DNA of 64,000 bases. It comes from Eledone cirrhosa. Taxonomy: Eukaryota. Under the pieces are notes generated by a model that saw nothing but the letters and a program-made list of their open reading frames with translations, had not been told where the DNA came from and ran no database searches. Of this stretch, positions 1 through 13,940 are shown one piece after another. The stretch lies in contig OZ024741.1 of assembly GCA_964016885.1 (NCBI GenBank), forward strand, positions 364,870,001 through 364,934,000, written 5' to 3'. The position numbers and the translations under genes were made by a program. The first letter of the stretch is position 1, and every line of letters starts with the position of its first letter.

Positions 1-244
1 GAATACTCACCATGAGAATCGACGGAGATCCTGCATACCCTTTCTAACAATAAATGAAGCTAAATACAATAACAGTCTAAAACACTTTGATTTAATGATT
101 GTATATAAAGTGACACTTACGAGATGGAGAAAAAAGAGGAAAGCATTTTATTTTTCTTATTTAATTGCTATCAAGAATTCGTCGATAGATATAGATGGAA
201 TAGACCTCCGTCGCTTTCGACGACGATTGTTCTATTCATTCAAT

Positions 245-510
245 CATCAAAACAGACGGCTTATGAAATTAATGTGTAAGTGACCGAACACTCCATAGAA
301 ATACATACTGTTAACTTAATTCTCAGGGAGATTCAGAATGACACTGTGCATCACTAGGCTATCCCCTTAAGTTACTTATCGATACAGTCCATCTAATGGG
401 CTTCCAAACGGTTTCAGTCTACCCAATTTTACTCACAAGGCATGCCTAAGATGTCATGCAACGTGATCGAACCCGGGACCTAGTGATTGTGAAGTAAACT
501 TCTTAACCAT
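245..510 (-). mobile_element. Degenerate cephalopod-type SINE, or two fused fragments
   Basis: Reverse tRNA-like head (ATCGAACCCGGGACC...CTTCTTAACCA at ~466-509) plus a body resembling 61860-62070. Confidence 0.5.
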
Positions 511-964
511 TCTTCTTTGCCTTGCCCACTGTTGATAGGTATGGTATGTTTATTATGACCCCGTAAATTCTCATGGATTCGTAGGGGCAACGTTTTGTCA
601 ATACGGTGTTTCTTGGGCATTTTAAACCTGGCGCTGCCCACCCATCTCCAGACTGAGTAGAGCAGAAAAGGATAGTAAGAATGAAGGAATAGAAGCGAGA
701 AAGAGATATAGAGGAATAATCGACTCCACTATTAGACTGGTACTTTTTTTTTATCGATCTCGAAAAGATGAAAATCAAAGTTGATCTCAGCGGTATTTAA
801 ACTGAGAGAGCAGAGAATCTACCCGACCTTCTAACGACTCTGCCTATTTGCCGCCAAATGATAAATATAACAAATAAATAAATCATAATCGTTTTTCTTT
901 TTAAAAGAGGCAGGAAATATGGAAGTTATTATGAAGTTACTAGCCAACTTTATCATCCTATAAA

Positions 965-1175
965 TAATGATTTTTACTATAGGTAGAAGTACGGGGGGGG
1001 GGGGTCGATTAAATCGACCCCCAGCACGTTACTGGTGCTTTATTTTATCGACCCCGTAAGGATGAAAGGCAAAGTTAACCTCGGCGGGATTTGAACTCAG
1101 ACCGTAAACGGCCGTAACTCTATGCTGCAAAGCATGGTGTCCGAATCTCTACCGACACTGCCAATCCACCGCCCT
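965..1175 (-). mobile_element. tRNA-derived SINE with Nin/Deu-like central domain (family A)
   Basis: Minus strand reads TGGCAGTGTCGG (A-box-like), GAGTTCAAATCC (B-box) and GCCTTTCATCCTTACGGGGTCGATAAAATAAAG. More than 15 copies or fragments occur in the window. Confidence 0.8.
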
Positions 1176-1194
1176 TATCATCCTAGAAATAATG

Positions 1195-1400
1195 AGCGCG
1201 TTTGGTAGAATTGTTAATTCGTTGAATGAAATGTATTGCAGTATTTTCTAAAGCTCTCTGGGTTTCAAATCCTGCCGCAGTCAACTTTATTTTCATCCTT
1301 CCGAGGTCAATAAAATAAAATGTAAAGAACTAGTGTCGATATAATCGACTCTCTTATCACCACAAATTGCTATCCTCGTGCCTAAATAAAAAAATATTAT
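1195..1400 (+). mobile_element. Older, diverged family A SINE
   Basis: GGTTTCAAATCC followed by TTTCATCCTTCCGAGGTCAATAAAATAA and a GTGCCTAAA tail. Confidence 0.6.
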
Positions 1401-2529
1401 TCTAGAAATAATTTTTAGAGAAAACATTTAAATTCCGCCATTGTTATTCTACAAATCATTTTTAGAAAATATTTAAAATGTCTCTGTGAAGATTATCATC
1501 TTTCTGAACGTCATATTTTAAGCGAATCTGTCATATTCCACTCACTTTAGACTTGACAAGTTTGTCTATCTTAACAAAACACATCTTTATATCTTCAGAA
1601 TCACTACAGCAAAGATTGAAGATTGCTCTTGATTGGAGTAGTGGGAAGGAGAGGTGTATGGAGTAAGGAAAGAGAAAACTTGTTTATCCCTTTTTCCTCT
1701 CTTGACATAAAATAATTCTAATGAGCCACATAATGCTACATCAAATGGGCGTTTAAGTCAATCGTAAAGAAAACAAAACCAAATTTTATGAAGCTTTAAA
1801 ATTTGAGATGGCGGTGGAAGGAATGCATTTTGCAGTGTTATTCGATAGAGGGAATATATGTTGTCAATGCCAGCTTTTAGGACCATAGAGTTACAAATCT
1901 GGGGTTTATTTATTTATTTATTTATTTATTTATGACTCACAGCAAGACCTGTCAACTCTCCCCGTCCGACGGGGATTTCGAAATAGCCTTTGGGGGTGTG
2001 TAAGATATATTTTCTTATGAAAATGGGTATAGCTTTCATTATGTAAAATCTCCCCATTTTGCATCATTTCTCCCCGTTTTAGGGTACTTTTTCATAGTAC
2101 TCTCCGTTTGGGCTTTTAGAGGTTGGCAGGTCTGCATAGCGGTGATGGGGAGAAAGGGGATTTGTATGCATGGAAGACTGTTGGTTTTCCACAAAACCCT
2201 GCTCGCACATAGAGTAGGGAGAAGATATTTTCAGGTGCAGATTCATTTTGTCATGAGGCATACATAGGTTCGCTATATAGACCTGGGGTCTTGGTAAAAA
2301 TACAAATCCGCTGACTAGAATGCTATACTCCTTATTTTCTGCCAATAAGAAAAGTGTGACAATGATTAAATGAAAAAAGACTCTGTACCGAAAGGAAATA
2401 GTGAAGACTATAATTCTCGCTGTTTAATTGGATACAAGAAAATCGGTCAATTTTTATATTGAAATAAACATCGAGAATATACAGTACATTAATAAAAATA
2501 AGGTTAAAAATGGTTCAAGTATATCTCAA

Positions 2530-2780
2530 GCCAGGAGTCATTATGTCGAAGCTTATCCCGGTTTCGTTAGCATTAAACGACTGAGTACAAGACACATCCC
2601 CCAACAGGACTGAAGCCCATCGCAAATATAAACCCTAGCGGCTGCTGACACTCTTTTTCAGTTAAATAGACCACATGGAATGAAAAGTTTTGCTCAAGAT
2701 TACAGCGTGCCACTCGGGTCTTAGTGATCGGACACAGTTGTGATGGAAAGATAGTTCCCGCTGTAGCTAGCTTTCGTTTT
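2530..2780 (-). mobile_element. Degenerate SINE-like repeat
   Basis: GGAATGAAAAGTTTTGCTCAAGA resembles the GTGAAATAAAGTGTCTTGCTCAAGG block at 61327. Confidence 0.4.
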
Positions 2781-3849
2781 AGACTTTCGACATGGGTACA
2801 TGGTCTCAGGCTGTACACGTCCGGATAAGGAATAACAGATAACTGGTGAAAAGAAGAATGCAGATTGAGGGTAGGATTTTGATTCTGTCTGTTTAATTCG
2901 GCGATCAAGTTAAGTTACTGCAATTGAATTGACCAGTATTGTTAGTAGTGTGGCAGTCGAATAAAGTCCATTTCCCTTATTTGGACATGATAAAATCAGT
3001 CATTTAAATCATATTTCAAAATAGGAAAGGGATTGATCATGAAATCTGACCAATGGTTTCTATTGTTTTTTTTTTTTACTGATGCTATTTACCGATCGCA
3101 AATCCTAGCAGAAGGAGGCAGGATTAGAACTGAAAATGTATTTCCTTCAACTCTTTAAAAATACCACTAATTCCTGAACTGATACTTTATTTATCGACCC
3201 CGAAATAGTGAGAGGCAAAGTTGACTTCGGCAAGATGTTAATTGCGAGCCGAAAAAATACCTGGGCATTTAATCCGACAGCCTAACCAATCTGCCAATTT
3301 GCAGCATATTTCAATAGAGTTCGACTAATTGTAAACAGTTCAATTCATTCGACAAATGTATTTGACTTATTCAAATAAATCAAAATATAGTAATTATTTA
3401 CATTATAACTATAAAGAAAGGTTATAAACCTTGGATTCTCCAATTATTTGCTTTCTTTATAGTACTTGGGTTATGTTTTCTGTATGTTTAGATGCTGTAT
3501 TCGTTGTTTGATCCATCACTGCCCATACTTCTCCCAAACACTTTAACTGCTCTTATTGCTGCTGCATTGATTTCTATATTAGATTTTACCTTTGTTTTGA
3601 TAAAGGTTTTTTTTTGCGATGTAGTTGAGCTGTTTATTTTGTCTAAAAATGGTTATCGCTTTTCATACTAACACATTCTTTGTGATTAAGGAGTTCTTTG
3701 ATGTGCTTTAGGAATTCTTTGATTTTGGATACTTGTTTTATATTGTATTGATGTAATATTTATCTCTCATGTTGTTTACAGGAGTCAATCTGAGTCAGAT
3801 GTAGTACCCACTTTGCTTTGCAACTACAATGACTAGCTGCATATAATAA

Positions 3850-4035
3850 TTATTTCTTCTTGTAGCACAAACCTAGCAATTTGAAGTGAAGGGGAAAGTC
3901 AATTAAATCGACTCCAGTGCGTTCCTGCTACTTTATTTTATCGACCCCGAAAGGATTAAAGGCAAAGCTAACCTCGGTGGAATTTGAACTCAGAATGTAA
4001 ATCATGGTGTCCGACTCTCCACCGATACTACTAAA
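3850..4035 (-). mobile_element. Family A SINE
   Basis: CTTTATTTTATCGACCCCGAAAGGATTAAAGGCAAAG...ATTTGAACTCAG. Confidence 0.7.
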
Positions 4036-4470
4036 ACTCTGTGATTGTGTGCTTGTCTGTAATTTAATACAGACAAAACGGCGCATAATGGGAAAATACT
4101 TCGAGAGGAAGTTGCTCTTGAAATGGGAATACAAATGGAATAAAGTCAGTTTCACGTAAATCGAAGCACGGGTTCCCTAGATACGGGTTTTTCCGATACC
4201 TTCATAAACAGAGAGAGAGAGAGAGAGAGAAAGATAGAGAGAAAGATAGAGAGAAAGATAGAGAGAAAGAGATAGTGGTTGTGAAAGAGTACATTGAATA
4301 CTAAGTCATATGTATCATATAACTTGTGTTAGAACAGGATGTGTGTAGTGAATATTTCCTGCTAAATAGGAAGGGTTTCTAAGAGTGAGTATATGTGTGT
4401 GTGTATGTGTATGTGTGTGGGTCCGCGACCAGTTTATATAGGTCACAGACACTCACACACACATATATAT

Positions 4471-4540
<70 letters not shown>

Positions 4541-4779
4541 GCACACATATATATATGGGCCTTCCAATTTCATTTTACATTATATACACGTTTGTGTATA
4601 TTTCAATTATTTAAAAATTATTTTTAAGTGAACATGATTTAAAAACAAATACCTTCTAAGTGAACGTGACCCTACGGGTGGTCTAATGATAATATAAGAT
4701 TTGCCGCCCTGAGCAAATTATTGATCTCAGTAATGTTACTTGTATGTATTTATTTAAAGACTTCATTCACTTTTAGTCC

Positions 4780-5520
4780 TGGTTTAAGTTCCGCTAATGA
4801 CTCTTCCTTAGGTTATAGATTTAGTCGTTGTCCTCTTCTCTTAGTTTTACTATTATTCTGTCACGCAATGTTTTCTGTTTCCAAGTAAGGCTTTCTGCTT
4901 CAAGCACATTCATCTCACTGTAGACAGTTTCCTCGTGTGTCACAGCACAAGCAGCTTCTTTTAAACATCGTTCCTTTGACACATTCCTATATTCTCCGTT
5001 TTCAGCTTCTTCAGACCTTTCACTCTCCATGTCAACAGCCTTTCTTCTGATAAACCAGTTAGCCACTCTTTCTAATCGCTCTACCTTGGTCACATATTCT
5101 CTGTTCAGTTGTTTCAAACATTCCCCTTTCCTTCCATTGTCTGTGCATTCTTTGCTTGTATCCTCTGATTGGACTTCCATTATTATTAACAGGTTTACTC
5201 ATATTGTACCACTCTTTGACTACAACATTCACTTCTTTACTCCAGCTCAGTCTTACTTGTTGGCTAGCAGTTGCTGATTTGTCACCCTGACCCACCCTGC
5301 TGCACAACGGGACACCTGCCAGATAATTTCTGTATAATTCCCGTCGTTATTCTTTTGTTACTTCATCTCTATTTTTCATTTTCTCTTAAATTTGAGGGGT
5401 GTATTTTAAGGTTCCACTACCCGGTATTTCTTTCGTGACACCATCACTAACAGGATCTCCACCCAAGGATTTGTGAATTTCCATCTCCTAGGAGGGTTGT
5501 CATTCAAGACTAAAGAGCAC
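4780..5520 (-). mobile_element. R4/Dong-clade LINE, N-terminal fragment (pseudogenised)
   Basis: [18 protein letters not shown]...[11 protein letters not shown]...[16 protein letters not shown] matches the R4/Dong N-terminal region and parallels the W-x8-YY motif at 42330-42650. Confidence 0.65.
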
Positions 5521-6111
5521 CTCATACTAATTATTATTTTATTTATGATGAACCCCACAAAACGGATCCGTCTCACAGCAAACCCCCAACTAAAACTCCG
5601 CTCAAAGAATCATCCCTCCCCAACAATTCCCAGTGATTTTTTGTAAAATTCAGTGTACTTTATAGAAACATCAACTATGTAATATACAATATAATTAACA
5701 GCAAGATTTTGGTATATTTAATGTTACATTGATGGTATTTCCACAGTTACCATGGATACATATGTGCCAGGTATAGGTGCCTAAGATTTGTTAGCATTGA
5801 AAAGTGAGGTGTTATATGAAATGAATTAAAATTATGAAGAAAAATGGTTGCAAACGTTGATCTTTTTTGTTTTTAGAAGGATGAAAGCGATAGTGTGACA
5901 GCATTAATATCAGCTCTGTCAAGTCAATGATAAACGGCAATCGTTTAGATGCTTATCTTGACTCTGAAAACCACACTCATTTATATGAATATAGCTCTCA
6001 GTATCTTAATTTAACAATCTGAGTGTGCAGGTTTCCGTGTCTGTCCTTGCCTGAATATTTACATATACCCATAAATTTTGTGACATTCATCCATTCACAG
6101 ATACATACGTA

Positions 6112-6220
<109 letters not shown>

Positions 6221-6221
6221 T

Positions 6222-6500
6222 AATAATTGTTTCTACTTTTGGCACAAGGCCAGAAATTATCCCCGTGTATTACTGGTACTTTATTTTATCGACCCCATAA
6301 GGATATTATAATAATAATTGTTTCTACTTTTGGCACAAGGCCATCAATTACCCAGTACATTACTGGTACTTTATTTTATCGACCCCGTAAGGATGAAAGG
6401 CAAAGTTAACCTCGGAGGGATTTGAACGCAGACCGCAAAGGGACGTAACTATGCTGGAAAGCATGGCGTCCGACTCTCTACCGATACTGCCAATCCACTA
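6222..6500 (-). mobile_element. Family A SINE: one truncated plus one full copy
   Basis: Two TTGTTTCTACTTTTGGCACAAGGCC tails (6227, 6317). The second continues through the B-box and A-box. Confidence 0.8.
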
Positions 6501-7319
6501 TGGTTTCTTATATAGTCACAAGACCAGCAATTTTTTGGGGAGGGCAAAGTCGATAGATATGTATATATCGATATATCGATATATCGATATATATATATAA
6601 ATACATAAACAGAGAAAGCTATTAGCGATACTCCAACCAATTTCCAACTCACTCAACAAACATTAGGAAATACCGGAGTATATTCCCAATTAAACGTTTG
6701 GGGTGCTAACTATATTGTATTGTGTGGATAATCGGTTGTATTATTTTATATGAGATATATTAAAATCTCATTCCCCATAAGATCGTTTCATTATAAGATT
6801 TCTACATGGTGGGTGAAATTTTACCAAGCTATGTAGAAGCTTGCATAAGATCAATGGATTCCCATGCAAGTGGGCTCTTATAAATCTTCAGTGTGTGCCC
6901 AATAATATCAATATTAATAACTAAATCAACATTAATATTTAGATATAATCTCCATCAGTGCTAGAAAGAGCTGCCTAGGTTGTATGTCCAGCAGTTCTAA
7001 AGAAAATCTCACACTGTCCCCAAATGGAAGGAGGAGGTCATCGCGAAAGATGCCCCCCACTTCAAAAACAAAAACAAAATTGTACTTGATCGTCGATTAA
7101 TGATGAGCACCGCGAAAGTAGAGTTCACTCAAGGTGAGCCTATCTTTCAACCGCTGACCAAGGAATTATCTCTTCGTCATATTTTTCTCCCCTTACTCAC
7201 TTTGTTTATCTCTCTATATATTTATTTAGGGTCCCTGCAGCTGAGGTCTATAAATCTCTATAAATCGCCTATAAATCTCTACTTTTTTTATATATTTTGT
7301 TTTGCTTGTTGTTATTACA

Positions 7320-7570
7320 TAAAGGGTCGATAATATAAAGCACCAGTAATGCACAGGGTGGGGGTTGGGGGCAATTGCTAGCCTTGTGCCAAAAGTGGAA
7401 ACAATTATTATTAATAGGTCGGTGGATTGATAGTATTGGTAGAGCGTCGGACATCCTGCTCCGTGCCATAGAGTTACAGCTCTTTACGTTCTGAGTTCAA
7501 ATCCCGCCGAAGTTAGCTTTGCCTTTCATCATTATGGGGTCAATAAAATAAAATACCAGTAATGCACTTG
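7320..7570 (+). mobile_element. Family A SINE fragments in tandem
   Basis: GGGTCGATAA...GCCTTGTGCCAAAAGTGGAAACAATT, then GAGTTCAAATCCCGCCGAAG...GCCTTTCATC. Confidence 0.7.
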
Positions 7571-7769
7571 ATTTGACCCGGTAAATATAATGAATACCGG
7601 ATTTTCTACCGTCTGAAACGGGCGCTGAAGACGATTCGTCCTCGAGGACGCACCTTAATTTTGACAACCAAAAATTTGAAAAAAAATAATAAACAACCTT
7701 CGGCCTCCTGGACGCATGGGAGAAATTTGAAACTTATGTTAGGAAAAAAGTAGCGTCTTCGATGCCGGG

Positions 7770-8190
7770 AAATTCGGTATCTTACACAGATAATATTTTC
7801 CCGAGTATGTGCAGTGCCCAACTGGACAGTCCTTTGTAGCAAAGGAACTTTTGATTCGAGCTCTATTCGCTTAAGAAACCCTGTCAATTTTAGAGGTATC
7901 GTGTCCAAAGTTCCAATAGCAACGGATTATTTTAAGGTCGTTAGTTGGTAGTGGCCACTTTTATGAAATTTCGATTTTCAGGTCAGTATATCTTATTTTT
8001 CAATTTCTTTCAATGCTATGTTGTGCTCTTCTGGGATGGCAACATCAATGTTCTGTCATCCATGCCTATATCTGAGCAAAACTACAACACCAGGCCTGTT
8101 GTGTTCTTGCTTGTAGTCCATTTGGATAGTGTAGTCTCATTGTATCTTGGGTTTGTCTCAGTCATTAACAGACATGCCAACCTCTAAACA
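7770..8190 (-). mobile_element. R4/Dong LINE 3' fragment (restriction-like endonuclease region)
   Basis: IDVAIPEEHNI...PVAIGTLDTIP...LQRTVQLGTAH is homologous to the C-terminus of the 38989-40083 ORF. Stop codons are present. Confidence 0.7.
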
Positions 8191-9370
8191 CCAAAATGGG
8201 GAGAAATGAGGCAAAATGGAGAGATTTTACATAATTGTTTCTACTTTTGGCACAAGGCCAGAAATTATCCCAGTGTATTACTGGTACTTTATTTTATCGA
8301 TCCCGTAAGGATGAAAGGCAAAGTTAACCTCGGGGAGATCTTACATAATGAAAGCTATACACATTTTCACAAGAGAAGACATCTCTCACCCACCCCAAAG
8401 TGGATGGGAGATCTCCCAGTCGGACGAGGAGAATTGACAGGTCAGCGTCTTAATCACTCAGCCATGACTATGTGAAGTTATTGAGCATACTCTATGTAGT
8501 ATAGATAACAGATTTACTAACTACATTGAAAGTAGTAGATCGAAACACGGGACACTAAAAGTAGGAAGTGAACTTATTAACTACCCACCCAAAGTGGGTG
8601 GGAGATCTCCCCGTCTAACGGGGAGAGTTGACAGGTTTGGTCATTAAGTATACTTTCTGAGACATAATTGTGTTACTTATCGGCTACCTTTTATACTCTG
8701 TTTGAGATAGCATTTTCCAAGCGCTCACTATGCAGGTGACACTCTCTGCGTGTCTTCCACAACGGTAATTCTCATTTCCACCAAGATAATAAATCTCTTT
8801 AGTCACCGCCTTACTACTCAAAGATATTGCTTCTGTTTTCTCTTGAATTCTTCTTTATTCTCCATCATTCCTTTTTCTAGGTCCATTACTGCTGAAGTAC
8901 ACTTTACAAGTCTCTCGTTGATGGTTTTCACAGCAAATATGATGAATGCTAAATCTTCTACTGTCTTAGACACATATTGCGTTTATTAGTATGTTTATTA
9001 TATGTGAAGTGCCCAAGAAAGCATTTTTTTTTTGCAGGAGAGCAATTTATGATTCGCCATGCAGTAGAATGACCCTCGTGACGTCACCATGCTATATTGA
9101 CACACTAAACGATCAATCTTTTCTACGTTAATAGCATTTTTTTAATAGTAAACGTTTAGGTCATCAATCTGCACGTACACACACACACACACACATAATA
9201 CACACACGCGTGCGCACAACATGCACACACACAAATGCACACAAACACAGAGGGACACTCATACACACACACACATAAGAGTAGAGGTCAGATGTACCTA
9301 TTGTTAATACTAAGGTCAACACTAAGAGAGAAAGAAAGAAAACTACGGACAAAAATGTGAACTTTTCTCC

Positions 9371-10140
9371 CTAAATATCTACGTAAAAACAAATTTTTTT
9401 CTCCTTATTCCTATTATTCTTATTAGATCTATCAGGGCAGTTACTGGTCGGCTCTCCACTGATGTCTAGGTTATTTCTTCCATAGGGGTTGAGTTTTTTG
9501 CTGTTTGAGGAGACGATGTTAGGTGTGGTGCTGTAGGAGAGTTTGATGGTGTTTTTGCTGATTATGTTGTGGTAGTGGTGTTGTAGTGGGAAGTGTTTTT
9601 CGAGGAGTCTAAAGAAGATTTTCCCGATAGCTGTTGCCACCTCGGCATTATGGGGAGGATTGAACCACGTTACGTTGCGTGAGCGGTTGTGTCGCCTGCT
9701 GGTTCCGATAAAGGAAGCTGGATAAAAGGATATTTCCTCCCGGAAGCCACTCCGCTTGAGGGCCTGGTTGTAATGAGACGCGTGTTCGTCGAATATCTGC
9801 TCATTAGCGGACAAACGAGATATGCGGAGGGAGCTGTTTTTAACCAGGTTATTGGTGATGTCTCTAGGATGGTTAGAGCGGTGGTGGATGTAGTGCAGGT
9901 TGTCGTTTGGTTTCCTGTATGGGTAGTACAGATCACTTTCGAGGTTAAGGGTAACGTCCAGGAAATTGACTCGGGTTAGGGACGTTTGTAGGGTGATTTT
10001 AAATCCCCAGTCCCGGAAGAAGTTGATTAGTTGTTTACGGACCCGGTCTGTACTACTGGGGTTGTATCCTTTGAGGGTGAGGAGCCCACCATCCCGGTAC
10101 AATCCACCGCCGAATGCAGGAAACATTTCGGTGAGTTTAA
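9371..10140 (-). mobile_element. Penelope-like element (probably Naiad clade), 5'-truncated RT/thumb fragment
   Basis: GLYRDGGL (YRDD-like), VNFLDVTLNL, YRKPND..YIHHRSNHP, YNQALKRSGF, TWFNPP, IKLSYS. Confidence 0.85.
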
Positions 10141-11091
10141 ATAGTAGGAATAATCCTGTAAGACGAACTGGTTACCGCATGCAAACACAGATTGCGTAGG
10201 ACATACCTCGCCCTCAAACCCCATAACGACCCGGGTGGGTAGACAAGGGCTGATGCCCTCCCACTTGCCGAATAAGTTAGGGGAAACCCCAGCTTACTTA
10301 GGTAGATGTATCTCTTTACTTTTCTTTTCCTCTTTGTCTTCTTCTTCCCCCTGTCTCATCCTATCACTTCCTTCCACCCCCCCATTTTTTTCCTTCCTCG
10401 TCTGCTTTTCCCCTTTCACCTACTGCGATGCAGCCCATCGGACCTCTCTAGCATCAGTTTCCCCACCCCTGTAATTTTAAGATAGAATTGGCCGAATACG
10501 TTTTAGTAACTACTTATAGCAGACGTGTTAAACCCCTTTAATTTTGTTTCATTTTTGTTACTACTCAATTTCTACAAGTTTTTTCTATTCTCAACTTTTT
10601 AACCTGTAATTGTAAGATAGCATTGTGATTTTTTTTATTCATTTCTCACTATATATATATTCTTTTTTCTATTATCTTTTATTGTCTCCTACTCTCATTC
10701 GAATTACCTATTCCATAACCTCCCTCTCCACTTCATACACTATCCTTAGAATCTACTGTATACATATCACTTTCAACGCTTGACCGGCTCCACTCACTCC
10801 CCTATTATTCTACAGGCAAGTTCAGCCACCCCTACCTCCCACCAAATGCCATGATAGACTTATTTGTGTTTACAACAAATTTTAACCAATCCTCTTGACA
10901 ACTACAATCTTCCCATATAAGGAAGTACCCCCTTGACAAGTTCGGCTATTTATTCACCAGGCTAAATATTCTAATTTAGTCCAGAAATAGCCGTCGGGGT
11001 CATACTTTTTCCTATTTCCCACTCTACTACCCTAAGTATTGAGTACTCTGGTGCGTTATGGTCCATCTGGTTCCTTACCACAATTCCTTTG

Positions 11092-11143
<52 letters not shown>

Positions 11144-11217
11144 AAATATATATATATATATATATAGGTGCCCCAGCAAGGCCTCAGCCGGATGGCTGAA
11201 ACAGGTAAAAGAGTAAA

Positions 11218-11254
<37 letters not shown>

Positions 11255-11297
11255 GTAAATAAAGGATTATGAGTTCATGCAATTGACTTATGTTTCG

Positions 11298-11353
<56 letters not shown>

Positions 11354-11359
11354 TGTGTT

Positions 11360-11405
<46 letters not shown>

Positions 11406-11669
11406 TATTCATACAGAGAGAGACATACACCTACACAAATATATTTGGGCGTGTGTGTGTGTTTATGTGTGTTTGTTTGTGTGCTTTTGTGTGTGCGTGT
11501 GTGTGTGTGTGTGTGTGTCTGCGTCTGCGTGTGTGTGTTTGTGTGTGAACAGTTTAGACAAATGAGTACCAATGAATTTCAAATAAAAATAAAAATAAAG
11601 AATGAATGGGAGAATGAAGTAGGAAGTGATAGCGAATAAAACCACTTGTACTCCCGCCCCACCACCATC

Positions 11670-11679
11670 ACTACTACTG

Positions 11680-11744
<65 letters not shown>

Positions 11745-12315
11745 GCTGTTGCTAGTGGTGCTGCTACTGCTGCCACCAGCACAAACACCACCTACTTCAA
11801 AATTACTACTACGACCGCCATACCCCCACCATCACCACCATAAAAACCACCACTACCACCAATACCAAGACCACCACCACCACCACCACCAATACCACCA
11901 CCACCGCCAAAAACTAACACCACCACCACTACCACCGCCAAAAACTAACACCACCACCACCACCACCGCTAAAACTAACATCACCACCGCCGCCAAAACT
12001 AACACTACCAACACTACTACCACCAGTACCACCACCACTACCACCACCATCACCACCACCACCAACGCCAAAACCACCACTACCACCACCACCACCAACA
12101 CCACTACCACCACCACCACCACCACCACCACCGCTACCCCCCCCCCCCCCCCACCACAACCACTACCACCACCATCACAACCACCACCACCACCAACGCC
12201 AAAACTAAAACCACCACCACCACCTTCAAAATGACTACTACTACCACCATACCCATCATCACCACTACCAAAGCCGCTACCACCATCACCCCCAATACCA
12301 CCACCACCATCACCA
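11670..12315. repeat. (ACT)n/(ACC)n trinucleotide low-complexity tract
   Basis: Direct inspection. Confidence 0.9.
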
Positions 12316-13439
12316 ATAGTCAATAATTTTGGTGATGATAGTAGTAAAATAGTTGTTAAAATGTCATTTTAAACAGCACATCCGACGTTGCATACATCAA
12401 AAAGTAAGAAGCTATAAGTATTATTGAGACTTTAGAGGAGTAGCAATAAAGAATTTAAATAATAAAAACTAAATAAATTTTAACGACATCTAAATAAAGT
12501 AAAAATCTGAATGTGAGTGTATGCACGAATAAATGACGAAAAATCTATAATTATAAAAGGTTATATTCTTTGTTCTGAATAATAAATAAGAATTTGGATT
12601 GACGCCATGAATCTTGTAATTGAATTATGTATTATTTCCTATTGCAGTCGAATTTTCTTAGGTAATTTTCCAACTTTCTACTGGTAAACAAGTAGTAGCA
12701 AGTATTTATGTCCTTCCCAAGTTATCAGCAGTAAGGTTTTACAATCTTATCCATAAAATAATGTTTTCGTTAGTTGTCTGTTTAGATATTCCTTTGGTTC
12801 TTTTGTATATTTTGCACTTATCAATCATGATTATACATATTGTATTTGTATATTTGTTTATTTGTTTATATATATCGCTGTCAGTAACTCTTTATACATA
12901 CATATACACACATACACACATACACACAATGCATTTGCTATATATCTCAGATATTCTGCTACAGCAAGAAGTTTGTTTTACAGTTCTAACCCTACATTTG
13001 TTCCTGTAAATAATTATTTCATATACTCTGTATGTTTTTTGTATAAACAGTTACTCATATACAGGGCCGTCGTTTTCCTTAAAAATGTGAAGGGGACAAA
13101 CCAACATTTGTTGATTCTTAAAGGAGCATAGATTGCTTATGGTGCCTTTCCCGGACCCTATCATATAAGCAACATTTTACGCTAATTAAATTTTATATAA
13201 AGTGAAGTTCAGATATAAAAACATAAGCTTAAAACGAATTTATTATATCAAATAAACAAAAAATAAAATATAGACGTTTGAAAAAGTGTGGGGGACTTGT
13301 CTCCCTGAAACAAGGTCCTTGCTCATATACCCTATATGTTCTTTGTATATATATGCTGAGGCTTGAGTCCAAGGCAATATTAATCACAGGGAATGGGAAG
13401 ACAGAGAGAAATGGAGAGCGACCATCAAAACAGCTGTAG

Positions 13440-13640
13440 CCAGCTTTGAGGAAGGCGGCAGCTGAAGGCAAACATCTAAGAAGAAAGCTGTCTGCCACCC
13501 AACTACCAACTGACCAACACATCTCCCTTACCATCCGCCAAGGAAACGCCTTCTCCATTCTGTCCGCCGGCGCTGTGGGGCGGCCAACACGTGGGACCCC
13601 ATTTGCTCACTATACAGAGATATGGGGAGAGCGAAAGAGA
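13440..13640 (+). mobile_element. CRE-clade-like non-LTR element, 3' fragment
   Basis: QHISLTIRQGNAFSILSAG resembles the QR(L/I)S.AIQRGNA C-terminal motif of CRE/early-branching REL elements. Confidence 0.5.
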
Positions 13641-13789
13641 TGGGGGAGATGAAATGGGAGTTCGACTCTTCCGTGTTCAGACACATTGCATCTGTCAAGA
13701 GTGTATTTTCATATTTGTGACGAATATTGTGAATTCCTATTGATAATTTGAATTTTCAAACAGATAGATATTTACTTTCATAGGTAAAA

Positions 13790-13940
13790 GACAGCCAAAG
13801 GATTGATAAAGATCCTTGCCCCAACTGTACCAGAGCCTGCAGGTCCAACATTGGCCTCTACAGTCACCTCAGGGTTTGCCACCGCACGGAATAGGGCAAC
13901 AATTATTCCCACTGATCTGCGCAAGCAGAGAAGTCGCCAT
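13790..13940 (+). mobile_element. RTE LINE 3' end fragment
   Basis: DPCPNCTRACRSNIGLYSH (RTE C-terminal C2H2-like motif), followed by a short hairpin (TCTGCGCAAGCAGA). Confidence 0.55.

Noticed and set aside
1-60. Possible minus-strand exon ending at a GTGAGT donor (positions 5-10)
   Set aside because: A single splice-like motif at the window edge with no recognisable coding context.
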